Positions 61,730 through 64,000 of a stretch of 64,000 nt of DNA are shown one piece after another. This DNA comes from Phaeosaccion multiseriatum (taxonomy: Eukaryota; Protista; Ochrophyta, other classes), in assembly GCA_965112735.1 (NCBI GenBank), contig OZ218953.1:4340001-4404000 (forward strand), given 5' to 3'. The translations under genes were made by a program, and so were the position numbers. Each line of letters begins with the position of its first letter. Position 1 is the first letter of the stretch. The notes beneath the pieces were generated by a model. It had not been told where the DNA came from and made no database searches. It worked only from the letters and a program-made list of their open reading frames with translations.

Positions 61730-62197
61730 GTCAGAGACTGGTTTTTGAAGTGTGATATAGAGACTGAGTCACCCAAGCATTAGGGCGGCGAGACGGGGGC
61801 CGCTTGCTCATCCGGTTGGCTTGACGTGGCGGGGGCGTGGGTGCAGCAGGGAAGAAAGGAGAGTGGTTGGGTTTCTCTGCCGGGCGTGTTAGCGGGGGAG
61901 GGGGGGGGGGGGGGGTGTATTGTATATATTGGGGAGAGGCGAGAAAGCCTAATTTTGTACACTGTAGTGGGTTGGGGTGAGGGGAGCGAGGCCTTCCGCC
62001 GATTATTATATTTTAGACTGTAAATGAGGGTAAGAATTTTTATTACAATATACAAAAAAGGTTTGCTCTTGGTTCAGACAAACGAGGAGGGGAGAGAGGT
62101 GTGGTGGCAGGAGGAGAGGGGCGCTGGTGGCAGAGAAGAGCAGCTAAAGAACACCCAAAGAGAACCAAAGAACACCCAAAGAGAACCAAAGGCTCCT

Positions 62198-62614
62198 TTA
62201 GGGGGGTGCTTGTGGCCAAACATCACCCCCGCGAATGAGAGACACGGAAGGAGGGGGAGGGGCATCGATCACGCTTGTTGGGACGGAAGCTGCATTGCTA
62301 CCGCCGTCCCCTTGCCCCTCACTGCTGTGGGGGGTCGCTGCCTCGGCATCCTTCTCCTTCCTCTTCTTTTGTTGTTGCGTGAGCTTCACCTCGCCCGTCC
62401 AGGTCCGGTGCTCTCCCCTCCATCCTGCGTGGTGTGAAGGGCAGTTTATTCAAGGTCAAATGTGATGCATTGGGAGGAGGGGGGCGGATGTTTTCAGGCG
62501 TACGAAGAGTCATTCGGTGGCCTCCTTTCCCCTGCCTCTCAATCCCATACTACGTTTACTCCCTCCTTCACCACAGCAAATCCCTTTTTTGCTCTGATGA
62601 TGGCCGCACGTGCA

Positions 62615-62646
<32 letters not shown>

Positions 62647-64000
62647 GAGGAGGACCGAAACTCCCAAAACTCACTTGACCCTTCCCTACTGAGGCCCGCC
62701 ACGGATCAATCAACCCCGACGCCTCTTATACTCCAATGAGCCCGGGCGCCTTTAAAAGCAATAGTAATCACTCACCGTTCGCCGTTATGAACCTCCTAGT
62801 CAAGGCGTTATGTATTTTGGTGTTTATCTCTTTGATCTTCTCTGCTCGGGCCGCCGCGATGGCCGGGTCCAACTCCGACACAATCGGCACGGAGGGAGAG
62901 TGCCTCACCACCCAGTCCACGATTTGGCGGAGCGTCAGCCCTCCATGGTCGTCCCTTGCGCCCTCCATCTCCGGGCTCTTGAAGGCCTGAAGAAGAAGAA
63001 GAAGAAGAAGAAGAAGAAGAAGAAGAAGAAGAAGAAGAAGAAGAAGAAGAAAGAGCAAACACGTGTGTAATGGAGCACAGAATGAATGAAAAAGGGAGGA
63101 AGGTCAGATACGCGTTGCATGCGTGTCTGAGAGCGCACTTCGATCGCGTTGTTCGAGGGGGGGCAGTGGAGCTACCCCTGGAATATATCATACACAGTTG
63201 CCACCGCAATCTGTTTCACTTCGCCTGCTTTCCCTCTGCAGGCTGTGTGTGGCGTGCGCACTCTCTCCTCTCTCTCACCCTCTCTCTCCCTCTCTCTCCT
63301 ATCTCATCCTCTTTCTCCTCTCCCCCCCCCTCTCTCCTCTCACTCCCTCTCCTCTCTCTCCTCTCTCACTCCCTCTCTCCTCTCTCACCCTCCCTCTCCT
63401 CTCTCTCCTCTCTCACCCTCTCTCACCTCTCTCACCCTCTCTCTCTCCCTCTCTCTCACCTCTCTCACCCTCTCTCTCTCCCTCTCACCCTCTCTCTCCT
63501 CTCTCACCCTCTCTCTCTCCCTCTCTCTCCTCTCTCACCCCCTCTCACCCTCTCTCTCACCTCCGCTATCGCCTCCGTATAGTGCATGTTCTTGGGTGAG
63601 GACTCTGCGTCGGCCGAGATGAGTATCTTGAGGCTCGGCTTCGGAGCGGCGCTCGGGGTGACCGCTGCTGCTGCTGCCGCCCCTCCCCCCCCACTGCCCG
63701 GAGTCTTTGGAGCAGATTGCTCACCCATCCCCACCCCAGGCAAAACCCGCTGGTCCCCAGGTGGGGGACTGAGTAGCGATGGTGTGCCACGACCACTCCC
63801 TCCTGCTCCTCCTCCTCCTCCTCCTCCTCCTCCTCCAGCAGCAGCTATTCCTCCTGTTGGTGGTGGTCCCGCTGGTGGGTAGGCATGTGGTCTCTCGTCC
63901 TCGTCCTCAGCATTGGCATGTGAGGATTCTCGCTCGTCCGCCTCTCCGCCCTGCCGTTTCCTCTTGTTGGCGTAGGAGGAGGAGGTCTTGCTGCTGACAC
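62198..64000 (-). CDS. 3' part of a hypothetical multi-exon gene running off the window
   Basis: In-phase exons AFKSPEMEGARDDHGGLTLRQIVDWVV...RRFITAN/GWRGEHRTWTGEVKLTQQQKK...*, with a further exon at ~63560-64000. Confidence 0.6.
62989..63051 (+). repeat. (GAA)n microsatellite, intronic
   Basis: Directly visible. Confidence 0.95.
63260..63562 (+). repeat. CT-rich low-complexity repeat, intronic
   Basis: Directly visible. Confidence 0.9.

Overview
Eukaryotic nuclear DNA from a stramenopile, probably an ochrophyte alga (inferred from 18S/5.8S motifs, an RWP-RK gene and GC-rich, intron- and microsatellite-rich genes). The first half is one ~32.6 kb inverted repeat, with arms at 1-12709 and 19892-32644 around a ~7.2 kb spacer. 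Each arm holds a complete 18S-5.8S-28S unit pointing toward the centre (tail-to-tail, not tandem). After each 28S come seven hairpin-plus-oligo(T) repeats that resemble intrinsic terminators, a decayed CRE-like restriction-like-endonuclease (RLE) retrotransposon remnant, a possible MULE transposase remnant and PPR gene fragments. The spacer is a mosaic of gene pieces: PPR, ankyrin, a third copy of an arm segment, and an open-frame SRFR1/TTC13 fragment cut off at the arm boundary. The second half is ordinary gene-dense chromosome: a decayed pseudogene, a SPRY protein, two hypothetical proteins, a FYVE-SYLF protein, IRE1 with a C-terminal CCCH zinc finger, a divergent RWP-RK transcription factor and a partial gene at the end. 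Family assignments come from motif recognition by eye, with no database searches. Exon and remnant boundaries are approximate.
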